Below are positions 22,447-36,399 of a stretch of 64,000 nucleotides of DNA, one piece after another. This stretch comes from Paragordius varius (Eukaryota; Animalia; Nematomorpha). The notes under the pieces are model-generated. The model worked only from the letters and a program-made list of their open reading frames with translations. It did not search any database and was not told the DNA's origin. How positions within the stretch are numbered: the stretch's first letter is position 1; each line of letters starts with the position of its first letter. The stretch spans positions 3,720,001-3,784,000 of the forward strand of contig OZ176055.1 of NCBI GenBank assembly GCA_964247055.1, in the 5' to 3' direction. The translations under genes and the position numbers were made by a program.

Positions 22447-24426
22447 CACTGTGCAACAAATTTTATCCTTTTCTTTTAGACCAGAGTGAAAATTACGACA
22501 TCTTATAGAGAATTTTTTTCTGAAAATAATGATATATTTAATATTTTCCTAGCACTTTTTCACAAGCCGCTAAAAGGTTTCAAAAATCCAAAAACCATCA
22601 AAAATGCCTGTTTTTGTAACCCTATAACTTTTTGAATTATATAGCTTATTATCTTTTTTTGGGGGGATATTACAAATTATATTTTAAAATTCATGTAACA
22701 TTTTAAAATTTTTAAAAGTCTCTACTACTTTTTGATTTATTTGGAAAAAACGAAACTTAGCTCCAAAAAAATAGCGTTTCAAAACAATGAAAAATTAAGA
22801 GACATACTGGCATCATTTGATTGACAGCTTTTCATTATACATTACTAAAATAATAATATTTAATTGCTTTTTTATAAATATGAAAAATAGTATATATATT
22901 TAACACTTGGATACAACACACTCATTTTAGTCCTTCGATTCAAATTGGGGTAGTTGGATACCCCAGGCCTTTTTAAAAACAAATACTTTAAAAAGTATGG
23001 AAATATTCAAAACCATGGCAAAATTTTGCACTTATATAACATTTATAAACCGAAATATATAAAAAATTTTCAAAAATATTTGATATTACTTATTTTAAGC
23101 TAAACCCAAAGGTAAAAATTTCGTCAACGTGACATGTGTCAAATTGTAAAATTAAAAAATAATACAAAATAAACCGCTTTTCTATTTCAATCAATGTTAG
23201 ATGTAAATTATATAAAAAATTAGCTTTAGTTTTACCTTTAAAATCAAATGAAGACGATATTTTGCAAAAATTTTGTAAAAAAATGGCGTCGAAGTAGTTT
23301 AACTTTTTTTTCAAAACAAAATTTTATCAAGATATTTTGGCATATTTATATAATTTTTATCAAGATAGAAGCATAAATTTAAATTGGGACCGTTTCCTTC
23401 TGTATTTTTTAAAAATATTAATTTAAATTTAGTCTGGGGTATTTAGATACCCCAATTTGAATCGAAGTGTTGATGTTATAATAATAAATTTAATAAAATG
23501 ATAATATTTTTAAATTTATTAATGTTAATGGATAATAAACTCTGTGTTTGAATTAATATTATATGATTTTTAGTAATATTTCAATTATGTTATTATATAT
23601 TTTTGTTATTATTTTAAAGTAAATTTATTTATAAACTACTAAGATTTTAAAAAATTTAATACAGAAATGATTTAAAAATTATAAATATATTAAAATATTT
23701 TTAATTAAGACACAATATACGAATATATTTATTATGAAAGAAAAAAACAAATGAATGCCTTTTTTGCTCTGTTAGTTCAACATTTCAGTTTATATTTATT
23801 TGCATGTTTATATTTTTTTGTTGAAAAAAACTTTCGTATATTAAAAAACAAAATATCATGATTCATATAATCACGTACAATACATAATAAATAAATTTGC
23901 ATGTTTAAAAGTATTTCTTATTTATAAATAATATATATCAAATTAATATTATATATTTATTATTTTATTAATTATACTATAAATATACTAATTTATTCCT
24001 AAAATTAATATTTACATTTTTTAATTAAACATGAAATTTTTCCATTTTGTTATGTATAAAAAATGGTATGGTGCCTGCACGTCTCTTAATTTTTCATTGT
24101 TTTGAAACGCTATTTTTTTGGAGCTAAGTTTCGTTTTTTCTAAATAAATCAAAAAGTAGTAGAGACTTTTAAAAATTTTAAAATGTTACATGAATTTTAA
24201 AATATAATTTGTAATATCCTCCAAAAAATAAATAATAAGCTATAAAATTCAAAAAATTATAGGGTTACAAAAACAGGCATTTTTGATGGTTTTTGGATTT
24301 TTGAAACCTTTTAGCGGCTCGCGAAAAAGTGCTAGGAAAATATTAAATATATCATTATTTTCAGAAAAAAATTCTCTATAAGATGTAGTAATTTTCACTC
24401 TGGTCTAAAAATCGTGTTGCACAGTG
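22447..24426. mobile_element. MITE with ~350-bp TIRs (Tc1-like CACTG ends) containing a nested MITE
   Basis: CACTGTGCAAC...GTTGCACAGTG|TA. Arms 22474-22800 vs 24080-24411 are inverted repeats. Confidence 0.8.
22904..23469 (-). mobile_element. piggyBac-like MITE, copy 1 of 3
   Basis: TTAA|CACTTGGATACAA...TTGAATCGAAGTG|TTGA. Homologous over ~570 bp to 33888-34469 and 44045-44624, in the opposite orientation. Confidence 0.8.
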
Positions 24427-26599
24427 TAATTAACGAGACAGAAACAAACAATTTCCTAGGCAATCCAATCGGCCTCCATTTCTGAACAAGTAACTGCAAA
24501 TTTGTTGAGAAAATCCATTAATAATATCCAACCCGCTCAGAAAATCAACGCAAACTTTCTTCTAACTAACCCTAACACATATGCTCGGCATAACCAACAT
24601 TATAACGATACTAGCAATACCATATATATAAAATATGTAAAACCGTTAAAGAAATTCTTGCCGTCCCAAAAAGTGCGGAAGATATGTACGTATTTAGCTC
24701 AGATAACAAAGGGAGTTCCATAAACGAGAGACAATATCAGATTCCAAATAAGCGTTTAAATTCCTAACCAGCAACGACGAAGTGGAGATTAACTAAGTAA
24801 AACTGCAATATAGAGATATAAAATAAATTCTCCGTCCCATCATGAGTTATCATCGTTCCTTTCAAGGAATAACTCACCCAACTCGATCAACATAACCAAT
24901 GGATTTGATATATTTATCAAAGTCCGAATGGTTTCGAAAAACCTTAAATCAGCTTGTCGCTCCTTCCAAGACTTACGGTCACGTTTAACAGCAAAATGGA
25001 CATAGTGTAGTATCCTACTTGCTAAGTAGAAAGAAGATATTATTGACTTAACCGCTTGAAAAATAATGCAATGTTCCCAACACAGAGCCTCTCATTTCCA
25101 GCTTTACTTCCGAAACATGAGATGGATGATCTGGAAGTCACAAGGCGTGTTTAGACCTATCACCTACAGATAGCAAAAGGTTGGCTAACTTATACGACCA
25201 CAACTGGCGCCAATGAATTTGAAGGTAAAATTTATGGGTTCGCCAAAAGCAATAGCCTGATCAGCCTGCGACACGAGGCGACAAATATCGTGATGCGTCC
25301 CTGTTTTGCAAGGTGATGAAAATATATTTTAATTTTCTCTAAACATCGTTGTTAAATTACTAAATAAACAATATTTAGATTCATCACAAGTCAAACGTAC
25401 ATTTGAAATTGAGGGGTTTTAAAGCAAAATGATACTATAGATATGGAAGATTCCACCATCACAAAAGAGACCGGAAAGATAATCCATTATATCTTGTTCA
25501 GTAGGGTTAATATTCTAAATGCCGTAATATGTTAGTGAGTTCTGCTTAAATTGTTTAATTTATTAAGTCAGTTGCTTATTGAATAATAAAGTCAGCATCA
25601 ATGCGATGATAAATAGGGAATTTGCCTTATATGTATGACATTTCAAGGGCACTATATTTCCTAATTCATATAATAAATATTTCGAGGTGTCTCGAGAAGC
25701 AAAATAACTAGATCAAAATTAGGCGCAAATTTAACATTTTAATAGTGGCACAATTGAATAGTAGTAATGTAGGAAATGTAAGAAGAGAGGAATCAGCCAC
25801 CTATAAATAAATCTGGGACAGTCAGTAAGTATGAAAAATCAAATATCTGGGGATTAATTGTGATATATTATAAAAACTTGATTTTCTTTATATATCTTAA
25901 CACATACTTCTAATAACATGTTTTATTAAACATTGAACCCATTCTATGACTGAGAGCAAAAGGAAACAGTGGGATAATTAAAATCCATTAATTTCTATAT
26001 ATTTCGTTGCATAAAAAATCTGCTATACAAAAGCACATCTGGTAACTATATATTATGTTATGAAAATGTAAAAACAAACTTGTAAAAAATGGTATCCCAA
26101 AAACAACGGTAGTTTGGTTTTAAAAACCATACGGTAAAAAGCTTCTTTTCGACGTACTTAAATTTGTGCAAATATATAGCGAGTTGTATAAATGATTACA
26201 ATTATTCAAAATTTTCATTTTAATTAAGGTTAAATATCCCAGGTTTTTAAGAATATATCAGGCGGGACTCAATTTAAATTGATGTTTCCATCTTAAAAAA
26301 TGAACAGTGTTGAAATATTTAAATGTATTTTGGAAGTTCCAGGTTTAATATTCAGACTCCTTTAATTTTTCAAATAATGGTGCTTATATTTTAAGACTTT
26401 ATTACCTATCTATTTTTTGCAGATATTTAGATTAATAAACCCTTAAATCTGTAAATAAACCACTGCTTTAAAAGTCGCCTGTTTGAAAAAGATCGTTTTT
26501 TATATTTTTAAATTTTTTATCCCTCATAGCCTCTATACATTTTATAATTGCATGATAAATATCATATATCTTGTTGACTTTTTCATATGGCAAAGCCTA

Positions 26600-26830
26600 A
26601 CATTTATTCTATTATGATTCATATTATTTCTCGAATAAAGATTAGCAATTGTAATTTAATAATATCTGTGCTTCCATCAATTGACAAAGAGAACGCAACA
26701 AAGTTTCTATATCTTTCTTTTAAGGAAAAATGAATTTCTACTGATATTAGATTCGTCGAATATTATTTTGCGAAAGACATATGCTATTTATTAAATTCTT
26801 ATTGGGACCTTAATGTTAATATTTGAATTA
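26600..26830 (-). pseudogene. hAT (Charlie/SPIN/GTF2IRD2-like) transposase remnant
   Basis: FSLSIDGSTDIIKLQLLIFIR resembles the FS(I/L)xxDESTD...QLxxFIR motif. The surrounding sequence is broken by stops. Confidence 0.5.
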
Positions 26831-28069
26831 TGAGTTTAGCTAGTGAATTAAAAAAAATATTTAAAATTGTTTTATAAAAAAATGTCTTGTAAGTAGGTTA
26901 AAAAAAGATTTTTTGATTTTATAAAGACTTTAACTATATGATTCTAGGCTAGTAATTAAATATGTGATAAATGATAATAAACCATAATATTTCAAGTTTT
27001 ATTATAATTTTTTTAATTATCCTAAATTACCTAATTTTCCCTTTTTGTCCAATATTATTTTCGCTCAATATTACAAAAACTAGGTTTTCAGCAAATAATA
27101 ATTTTCGCGGCAAATGAATTCGCTGGTCATAAGATATCTCTAAAAAAATTTTGGTGTTATGTGTTTTTTTGCATTTAAAATATTTGATTTTATTAACTTT
27201 AAATGATTAAGTAAAAGCTAATAATAATTTTGGTATGGCATATAAATAAGGCTCTGATATGATTATGGTCTGCAATTATGATATTATTCCTCAATTGATT
27301 ATTTTATCAGTGATATTTAACGTAAAGTTTGACAACCTTATTTCATTCGTCAAATTCTCTCTATAATTACTCTACATATAAAAAATATTAATTTAATTCA
27401 AAAAAATTTTTTGTAAACATTTTAAAAATAATATCTCCAATTTGATATCAATATTCTTCAATAGATCTCTATATTGTTTATGCTCTAAAACAGATGATTA
27501 TATAAAAATAACCACATTTTTAACCACATGGATCATTGTAAAAGAGATATGTTCAAATCTAGGTGAAACAAGTAGTGCATTGTTAATATATCTAGACGGC
27601 GAATTTTATTTTAACACAACTATAAAATATTCCACGGTACACACATATTCTAATATATTTTAAAATTGTATGTTAAACACAGTTCAACAGTAATTTTAGT
27701 GGGGTAAGTTTAAATTGTCTTCTTAACACAAAAAATTCAATTTCTAAAATAGAATTTATTATATATTCTGTATCCGTACATTCATCAATTACAAATATAA
27801 AAAAAAAATTAGTTTAATTTGCCCATACATTTGTTCGAGATGTTTTTACACATATTTTAGTATAATTTAAAATTTAGCAATATTACAATACTTTTACTAG
27901 TTTTGTTATTTATATAATAAACACATCTATATATGTTAAAATAAATTTATTCGATACTGGATATACATAAATTCAAATGTGCCTTTCAAGCGTTTGTGTT
28001 GGAACCCATGTTGTATGGTTTAAAATTGGGACTCCAAAATAAGATTGAAACCAACAATATTCAAATGAA

Positions 28070-28375
28070 ATATCAAGCTGGTAAAATGTAGCTTTAGCTT
28101 TTTAAAGTTAATTATTTACATTTTCCAAGCATAATATATGGTTATTTCCAGTTGCAATAGCGAAACAATTTATAGAAAGTAAAATGGCGGCAAAAAAGTT
28201 TGAGATGTTTTTAACATTTTACAACTTTTTATATTTTTTGTATAATGCGCCTAAAAGGCTAAAGAAAATATGTTTTTAAATTCGGCTTAATACCTTAAAT
28301 ACTTTTTAAGATATTCAAATTTCTTCGCTCTGGAACATAAAACTTCCAGAAAAGGTAATGGAGTGTTGAATAGCT
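28070..28375 (+). repeat. Dispersed ~300-bp repeat, second copy at ~52930-53205
   Basis: Shared blocks TAAAGTTAATTATTT, ATTTATAGAAA..AAAATGGCGGCAAA, GTATAATGCGCCTAAAA and TAATGGAGTGTT occur in the same order. Confidence 0.6.
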
Positions 28376-29900
28376 AAGGTACCATGCAAATGAATGTATA
28401 TTAATGTGAATAATTAAATTTTATAAGCTTTCCTAGATTATTTTACCAGCAAAAACTTGATATATATTGATTTTAATATCAGCTCTTCGTGTCGTGTCTG
28501 GAAGCTGTCATAATTTTAGACTCTAAAACAGGGGTAAACAACAGCGGCCCTCCGAATGTGTGACACAAAAAATTTGGAAACATAAGTCCATAATTTTCAT
28601 AAATTAATTAAATATTAGAATTTAAACAAATAATTTTAATAAGTTATTTAAATTGGCACCAAAATAGCGAAAATTGGTGTAAATTTTTATTGTTTTTTCC
28701 CATTTTTTACAGTTTTACATGAATAAAATTATGTTAACGATCATATCTACAAATGCGGTCTGCCGGTTATTTTTGAGTTAAAAATGTCGCGAAGCCATTT
28801 GTTTGGTATATCTCTCCTTTAGAAGTCACAAAACTGTAAAAATATGAGATCTAATACTCTCGAGAAATAGATAATTTTTTTAGCCTAAATAACTTTCAAA
28901 ACAATTGTTTATTTACAAGATTGAGATCTGGGATATAAAGCTACCCCAATATGTCACCGCGGATAAAAAAGGAAAAGGTTTTGAACTAAATTTAGATAGT
29001 TATAAACCATGATTTAAAAGCACAACTGATTTTTATCAATAAATAGTCCTAATAAAAAAATGCTTTACGCAATTAATTATTTATATTTTTACGCTTTTAA
29101 AACTTCTTGACCTTTTTAGGTAGTTTTTGTATCCCTATCTAAAATTTGAACATCTCAAAAAGCATTTCAGGTGTTAGGCCGAATTCAAAAATATGTTTCT
29201 TAGCCTTTAAGGCGTTTAATATATTTTTTTCTAAAAGAACCTCATCTTAAACCTTTTCGCCGCCTTTTATGTTTTTTTCACTGATACAATAAACAAGTAA
29301 ATAAATATTATTGGAAAATGTAATTAATTAACTCTTGTAAGCTTCTTTATATTTAATTTGCTCCGATTTTAAACAGTAGAAGTTACAAACTTAAACAAAA
29401 CCATTTTTAATTATTTTAAAACTTTTAAAACAGTATTAAAGGATTGAGCTCTGGGTTTTAAAACTAGCCCAATTCATCGCGGACAAAAAAGGTAAAAAAA
29501 TCATTAAGTGTAAATACAAAGAAAAAAATGACAGCGAAAAAGTTTGAGATGAGATTTTTACAAATTTACATGTATCAATTTTTTATTATTATTATTATAG
29601 GTAAATGCCTAGAAAAAGCATATTTTTAAATTTTACCCAATTTATTCCTTAACCATTTATTTGAAATTTTTTAACGATTTAACAAAAAATGGACAAAATA
29701 CGGCAAAAAAATTTTTAACATCATTTTTTTCAAAATATTTGATAATGGATATAAAAGGCGACATAATGCTATTTTTGTCAAGCCCCATATCATTATTGAT
29801 ATGCTATTTAAATTCGGGGTTAAACTATCTCAATTTATGAAATATAGTACAACTATATTATAACCATTCTTCTTAATTGGTATAAACTGTATATATCGAA

Positions 29901-30202
29901 CAGGTGTGCCTAACACAAATGGCTTCGCGAGCCGCATTTTTAACTCTACAACCCCCCGGGCCTCATTTGAAAATTAAATGGGCATTCGTAATTTATTACA
30001 CTTCATATATAAAACTGTAAAATGCAAGTACAATATAACAACTTTTTCTCTAGTTCTTGCCAATAGGATAGACTTACCTAGAAAAAATGTATAATAATAA
30101 TAATTTTACAAAGATTTTGTCGGCTTATTTTACAATATGGATTTTTAAATTTTCCCCGGGCCACAGATAAAGTCCAGGAGGGCCGGGTGTCCGACACCAC
30201 TG
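29901..30202. mobile_element. hAT-type MITE
   Basis: Imperfect TIRs CAGGTGTGCCTAACAC / GTGTCCGACACCACTG. Degenerate 8-bp TSD ATATCGAA/ATATAAAA. Shares GGCTTCGCGAGCCGCATT with 56584-56851. Confidence 0.65.
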
Positions 30203-31254
30203 ATATAAAATATCCATGACATATACACTCATATTCTAAATGTATAATTCAAAATTATTGTTTTAACAATATTTATTTTGGTTTTTTTATTTATTATAAT
30301 TAATTTACATAAGTTTCATACATTTAGATATGAAATAGTCTGGCAAGAATTTTATAAGGATTGTAATATCCAGGCAGCGAGACATTTCCAATGTAAATGT
30401 ATATTTACAAAGCCATTTAAAATTGGGTTTGGTAAATAAACGGTAGTGATACTTTGAATTTCTATTATTTATTGTATGTAGAAATTCTGTGTATAGTTGT
30501 ATGACTGATTTCAAAATATTTGCAGACTGAATCTATCAAATTAAATTGACCTTTACCCCTGATACTAATATTGTGTTGGACTTCTTTATCAATTAATAAA
30601 ATGATTATTGTTATTCAGTGCTATACTATTTTTGATAGGTTGGAGTGTTTTTTGTCTCCTTGACGCAATCAGTAACATGAGAACTTTTACTGTTTACTCG
30701 TTATTCTATTTTTATTAACTCGGTGGCCATTTGTTTGTTTACCATACTGATTTAACCATAATGAATGGTGCAGTAATAGAATGAACGGGAGATAAATATT
30801 CAACTTATTTGAAATAGATACGAATTCGCCTTAAAGCCAATATCTATTTAGTTTTAGGTGATCTCTATTTTGTTATTCAAGAAACAAATATTTTTATGTC
30901 TCTATCCGTAATTTTTTTCGCCGTTTTTAATTGATGATCATATTGAATTGACGATATTAGTGTTGTTAATTAAGAGTGTTATTTTCCTTTTTGATCAAAG
31001 TATAAGTTCGGGCACTGGGTACAATAGGATCCGGTTTCTGGTTTATGTTTCTCAATCATATGTCACATTAGGACGAGCATAGATAAATGATATATAATTC
31101 ATTAGTTGTTTGGGATTGGATATCTATAATGAATCATAATATTGCATTTAAAAATTTAATTCTTAAATCGCATTCTAATATTCTAATATCTTAAGTTGTT
31201 GACATTATTGCTTAATTAAAAGTAATCAGTTTTTCAATTAGAACAAAGTATACC

Positions 31255-32405
31255 TTAAAAATGGGAAGAAAAGATAGGAGCCAAGCAACCGGAACCCATT
31301 ATATCTGGCAGATTATGACTGTTTTCCTGACCGGGCAATGGACAGATAGGCACGGGTTCTGTGAAAATTCTACCTCTTCTCCTTCTAATGTACGGAAGAT
31401 CATCGTTTGAATCAGAATTTTCAAAGTACGCACATTTACATCTATAATTAGTGGTTTACAAATTGATATATTATTAAATAAGTTTATAATTTTAAAAGGC
31501 GGGTCTTACTTAGAACACATGATATTTAGCTTTTTCATTCTTGGCATTGGCGATGACTTGCGGGCATCTGCAGACCGAGTTCGCCAAACGCACGAACGAT
31601 AGGGTGTTGGTTTCCCGCTAATAACTCTATGGGTATAATAAGCTGGTATTCGATTGGCAATAGATTGCCTGACCTCACTTCTACTGTGGACACAATTAGT
31701 TTCGCTTCTTGGGGTTTCATCATTTTTCACTATTTGTTGTTTAGGTAATATATTCGATTTTCGCACGATTCGTATAGCTGTGTCTCTCACATTCTTATTA
31801 GTTATACTAATATGTTCACTCATGGTGTTATCAATTTTTTTCTCCATCTTTAACTCTGAGATCGAATTATTTTGACATAGAATACTTAAGTTTAAATTTG
31901 ATGTTTTAATTTCCAAAGGTATATTTTCAGCCATTTTTAATCTCTTATCGCCTCCTTTAACGTTTTTCTTAGCTTCCATTACACGTTTATTGGAAATCCT
32001 TTCTTTTACATTCTTATTAGGTATTTCATGCTTGCGATTCCCTTTGGGGCCATTGTTTTTACTTGATTGATGAATTTTATGTTTGGTAAATTTGTTGGTG
32101 CAAATCTTTTTCATGTTCCGTTTTGAAGTTTCTGCTTTTGTTTTTGGACTTATATAAACGTTCTCGATTTTATTTTTTACCGATTTCTTGGGTTTTGTTA
32201 CAGCACTTGGTTTATTCAAACTTTTTCCCTTAATATTGTTATTTTCCCATTTCATTTTTTTGGGAGGGTTTTCCGTTTTTTTGCTATCGGTTGACTGTTT
32301 GTGTTTTGCTTTTGTCAGTTTACTTTCAATTTTGGATGCCGTGTTTGGAGATATTTTTTGTTTTTTTGAATTATTTTTTAATACAACAGACGATTTGCGT
32401 TTCAT
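31255..32405 (-). CDS. Lys-rich basic protein of unknown function, ~360 aa, two exons (32405-31510, 31441-31255)
   Basis: A 299-codon ORF in very AT-rich DNA. A GTAAGA..TTATAG 68-nt intron restores the frame into a second open exon. No recognisable domain. Confidence 0.5.
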
Positions 32406-33887
32406 TTTTTAAATAATGTGAGTAGTGGTATTCAATCAATGATAAAATGATTGTTACCCTAATATTATAAAATAAATTATAAATATTAAAATATATTATA
32501 GCACCAACAATTAAAACCAGCATTATCAATTTTTTATATATGAATAATATTAAAATATTCGGTAATAGTATATAAATTTTTCATCTCTATAGTTTGTTAA
32601 TAAAATGTTTTTAAAAAACATCTCCTAGCAAAACTAAACAAGGATCAGATGATTAAAAGTTTTAAAATTTATATAATAATAGCTCTACAAAATTAATAGT
32701 TAAATGACATCATAATTTCTATCATTTAAAAATGTATATGTTACAGGGAAAATCTTTAATATTATTTTATTCCATATATATCTGCCTAAAATATTAAAAC
32801 GATTCACTTTGGGTTGGTAATTTTGATCTATTTTGGACTACATTTAGTTATTCCAATGAATAGATCATAAAATAAACCCGTCAAGGTGTACAAAATACTC
32901 CTTGAAATTGTATACATCTATTAAATATTAAATTCTTATACCATTTCATAATAAAGATATGTTTACAGAACTTTTCTAAATTTAAATTTAAAACCAATTA
33001 TGCATTTTTCAACATATTTCGATTTAATAACGGTCCGTCCAAAATAGGATATATAAAAAATACCCTGATGAAATATATATGGATAGAAAAATGTATCAGG
33101 ATTATCATGGTGTTTTTAGTTTTGGCCCTTACAAGTGATTTAAAATATTTACATAACTCACCCATATCAGAAAATGACAAAAATTCCGCACATTTTGTTA
33201 AATTATATTTTTTTGGTGAAAACTAAATGTTATTCCAAAAATACCATTAAATATATCATCATCTATATAGAATGGCAAAATATTTTTATGATTTATAAAG
33301 TTTTGGATGTGGGCTCCGAGAGTTACAACTTTTTCGCCATTAAAAAATGTACTTTTTCTTTAAAATAAACGCAAAAATGCCGAGATTTCGCGAGATTTTT
33401 TTATTTTCTTTAGATTATGACATTAAAAAAATTTTTTTTGGATAAATACTTTGTTCAAAAAAAATTTTAGCAGTATATTATTGAGGCCTACTTCATATTA
33501 TTTTGAAACATGATAACGATAGAAAAACCCTATATCATATTATAAATATAGATTTTTACGAAAATTTAGCGAAATTCGAAAGGAAGCAAACCTCTAATAT
33601 AAAATTTTGAGCCGATAATGTTTGGCATCTTTGGTTTATAGAAAAATATTTTAAGCAGCTTTGAACTATATAGATAAAGTTTAACTATATCAGAGTGTTG
33701 TTTTGACGCTTCAAATGAGCATAAACAATGATTCAACAAAATTTTGCTAAAAATTAAATTTTTGAACTAAATGCAAGATTTATTTGTTATTTTAAATGTA
33801 TGCTCTGAAAGTCTCATATTTTTAATAGCCTGAAACGGTTCTCTTAAAATAAACGAAAAATGCTGGTCTAACACCCTTACCAGTTGA

Positions 33888-34469
33888 CACTTCGATTTAA
33901 TTTGGGGTATATGAATACCCCAGACCAAATTTGAGTTAGGATTTTTTAAAAACTACTGAAGGAAACGGTCCCAATTTAAATCTATGCTTCTATCCTAATA
34001 AAAATTATATAAATATGCCACCAAAATATCTAAATAAAATTTTGTTTTGAAAAAAAAGTTCCATGTCAAACTACTTCGACGCCATTTTTATTTTACAAAA
34101 TTTTTGAAAAATATCGTCCTCATTTAATTTTAAGGGTATAATTAAAGCTATTTTTTTATTTAAATTACATCTAACATTGATATAAATAGAAAAAGCGGTT
34201 TATTCCGTAGTATTTTACAATTTTACCATTCCACACATGTCACGTTCACGAAATTTCTACCTCTCGGTTTTAGCTAAAAAGTAATATCAAGTATTTTTAA
34301 ATAATTTCTTTTATATGTTTCGGTTAATTACTGTTATATAAGTGCACAATTTTGTCATGGTTTCGATTCCTTCCAAATTTTTTAAAGAATTTAATTTTAA
34401 ACAGGCCTGGGGTATTTAACTACCCCAATTTGAATCGAAGGACTTAACTGAATCTGTTGTATCCAAGTG
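33888..34469 (+). mobile_element. piggyBac-like MITE, copy 2 of 3
   Basis: CACTTCGATT...TATCCAAGTG ends with degenerate TTAA flanks. Aligns with 44045-44624. Confidence 0.75.
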
Positions 34470-34949
34470 TGAATATAGTTATGTGGTAACTGCTCCATAT
34501 CAGAAACCGACAAAAGTTGCGCACGTTTTGGTAAATAAAACCTTTTCGGTGAAAGATGGATGCCTCATTTAAAAAATTTACTCCAAAAGTTGAGAATCCT
34601 GATACATTTAATTATAAGAATATATATTTTATTAGGATATTTTTTTATGACGCTGCGTAATTTATCTCAAAATTTTTATATAAAAAAGGAGCGCGATTAT
34701 GCCACAATCTATATTTTCTGCAATATAAGGTAAATATAAATTGTAAAGAATATTTTAAAAAAAGTTAAACGCCCAACCGATTTTTTAAAACATTTGTTTA
34801 TGATAAAAACATAGTCGTTTTGCCTATAGGATTTTTTTTAAAATGTTTCCAAACCAGTTGCTTATTGAAAAAAATGTAAGAGTGATTACCAATTTAAGTA
34901 AGAGAAGTCACAGCAAAAACGCAGGTGATTTATTTGACACGGTTGACAT

Positions 34950-35970
34950 CTAATATCAAAGAAAAAATGCAGACAAGTGGAAGCCCAAAACTTGAGTTTT
35001 TATCTACCAGTTATCTTGTTAAATTTCATGTCTAATTAGAAATATTTGCAGAAAGGACTGTTTTTTTATTACATCAGAAGATAAAAATTGTTGAAAATCT
35101 CATGTGTTGGTAGAAAAATATGGAGAGCATGTGACATAGATTACAAGCGAAACATGGTTTCAAAAATAAAATTCCTGATTTAAATATGAAAAAAATGGGC
35201 TCTTGCATATTACACAACTTCAAAGACGACAAAGTGCAAAGGTTATGGGATGATGACTTGACCCAAGCTCAACGACAATTGGCAGAAGCATTATTATTAC
35301 ACGTATCATAAAAAACATCAATGGAGGACTACGAGCAATGAGAACGATATATAAATGAATTCCAGACAATTTGAATGAACGTTAAATCAAAATTCGAAAA
35401 ATGATTGTGATATGTTGCTTCAACCTAACGCAAAGAAATCATTTTGCATCGATTTATGGCGGAGGATCCGAAGTGGTTTTATTTTGTAAAGCCAAAGCAA
35501 AAAAACTTAGCTACCTTGCCAAGTTGATCCATTAACACTAAGGCCAAATTACTTTGGCAAAAGAGCCATGATCTGAGTCTGGTAGACCATAGGGGAATTG
35601 TGGATTCTGCACTTTTAAAGCCCGGTAAAACCGTTGATACACAACGCCCAACAAATTATTTTAACATGCATTAATCATAAAATGAATGGATGAACCAGAA
35701 CACATGGTAAGATTTGGCTAATGACAATGCTCCGTCTTACAACAAAACAAGTAAATGACCCCTTAAAATTGTTAATATGGGTAATTCTATCGCCGCTATC
35801 TCCTGACATGGGGCCATCTAATTAAAAGATCTTCCCCACTTCAATAATTTCAGAGACGTTTAAAAATGGCGACGAATGGTTTGCTGCAAAAGACATTCTG
35901 TTTTTTAAGCATAGCATTCATAAAGAGATTGGTGAAGTATGCAAAAAACGATTGAAAATATTTTTATAAT
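34950..35970 (+). pseudogene. mariner (Mos1-like) transposase remnant
   Basis: Degraded GGSEVVLF/EDPKWFYF (TGDEKW motif), NDNAPSY (HDNARPH) and LSPDMGPS (YSPDLAPSD). Confidence 0.7.
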
Positions 35971-36399
35971 TTCTTTTCACCAAAAAACAGGTAGAGACTT
36001 ATAACTATATTTGCAACACATAAATTTTGCAATTATATTAACTATTTGTCAAATCATTTTGCATCAACGGTTTTTACATTGATGTGCAAATTTATTATAT
36101 TAAATTCATAAGTTTCTTAAAAAACTATATTAAATTAGAAATTTTATTTATGTAAACTTCAGATGCGAGAAATATTATAATTTGAGATCTTAAACTTAAA
36201 TCTTCATAATATTCAGTTTGTGTTACCGTTCAAAAACGGTTTGTTCTAATTCCTGCTTTCTACCTTTTTATCCTTATTTTTTTAAAATAGGTTGTGCTGT
36301 GTTTGCACCGCTATAAAATTTTCCATAGAATTTATTTAAGCATATAAATTATGATTCTATTTGAAATTGAATAATAATAATAATAAAATGATATTAACA

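Larger units (their letters stand above)
22240..25300 (+). pseudogene. Older RLE element fragment (copy E), split by the 22447-24426 MITE
   Basis: LNGHDTLVFAKDI and LPIKI lie before the MITE. NFLGNPIG, PAQKIN and SLRHE lie after it. They are collinear with A. Confidence 0.7.

Noticed and set aside
25300-31200. Additional protein-coding exons in this interval (e.g. ORFs 27442-27663, 30305-30514)
   Set aside because: No recognisable motifs or consistent splice phases could be established, and the region is rich in repeat debris.
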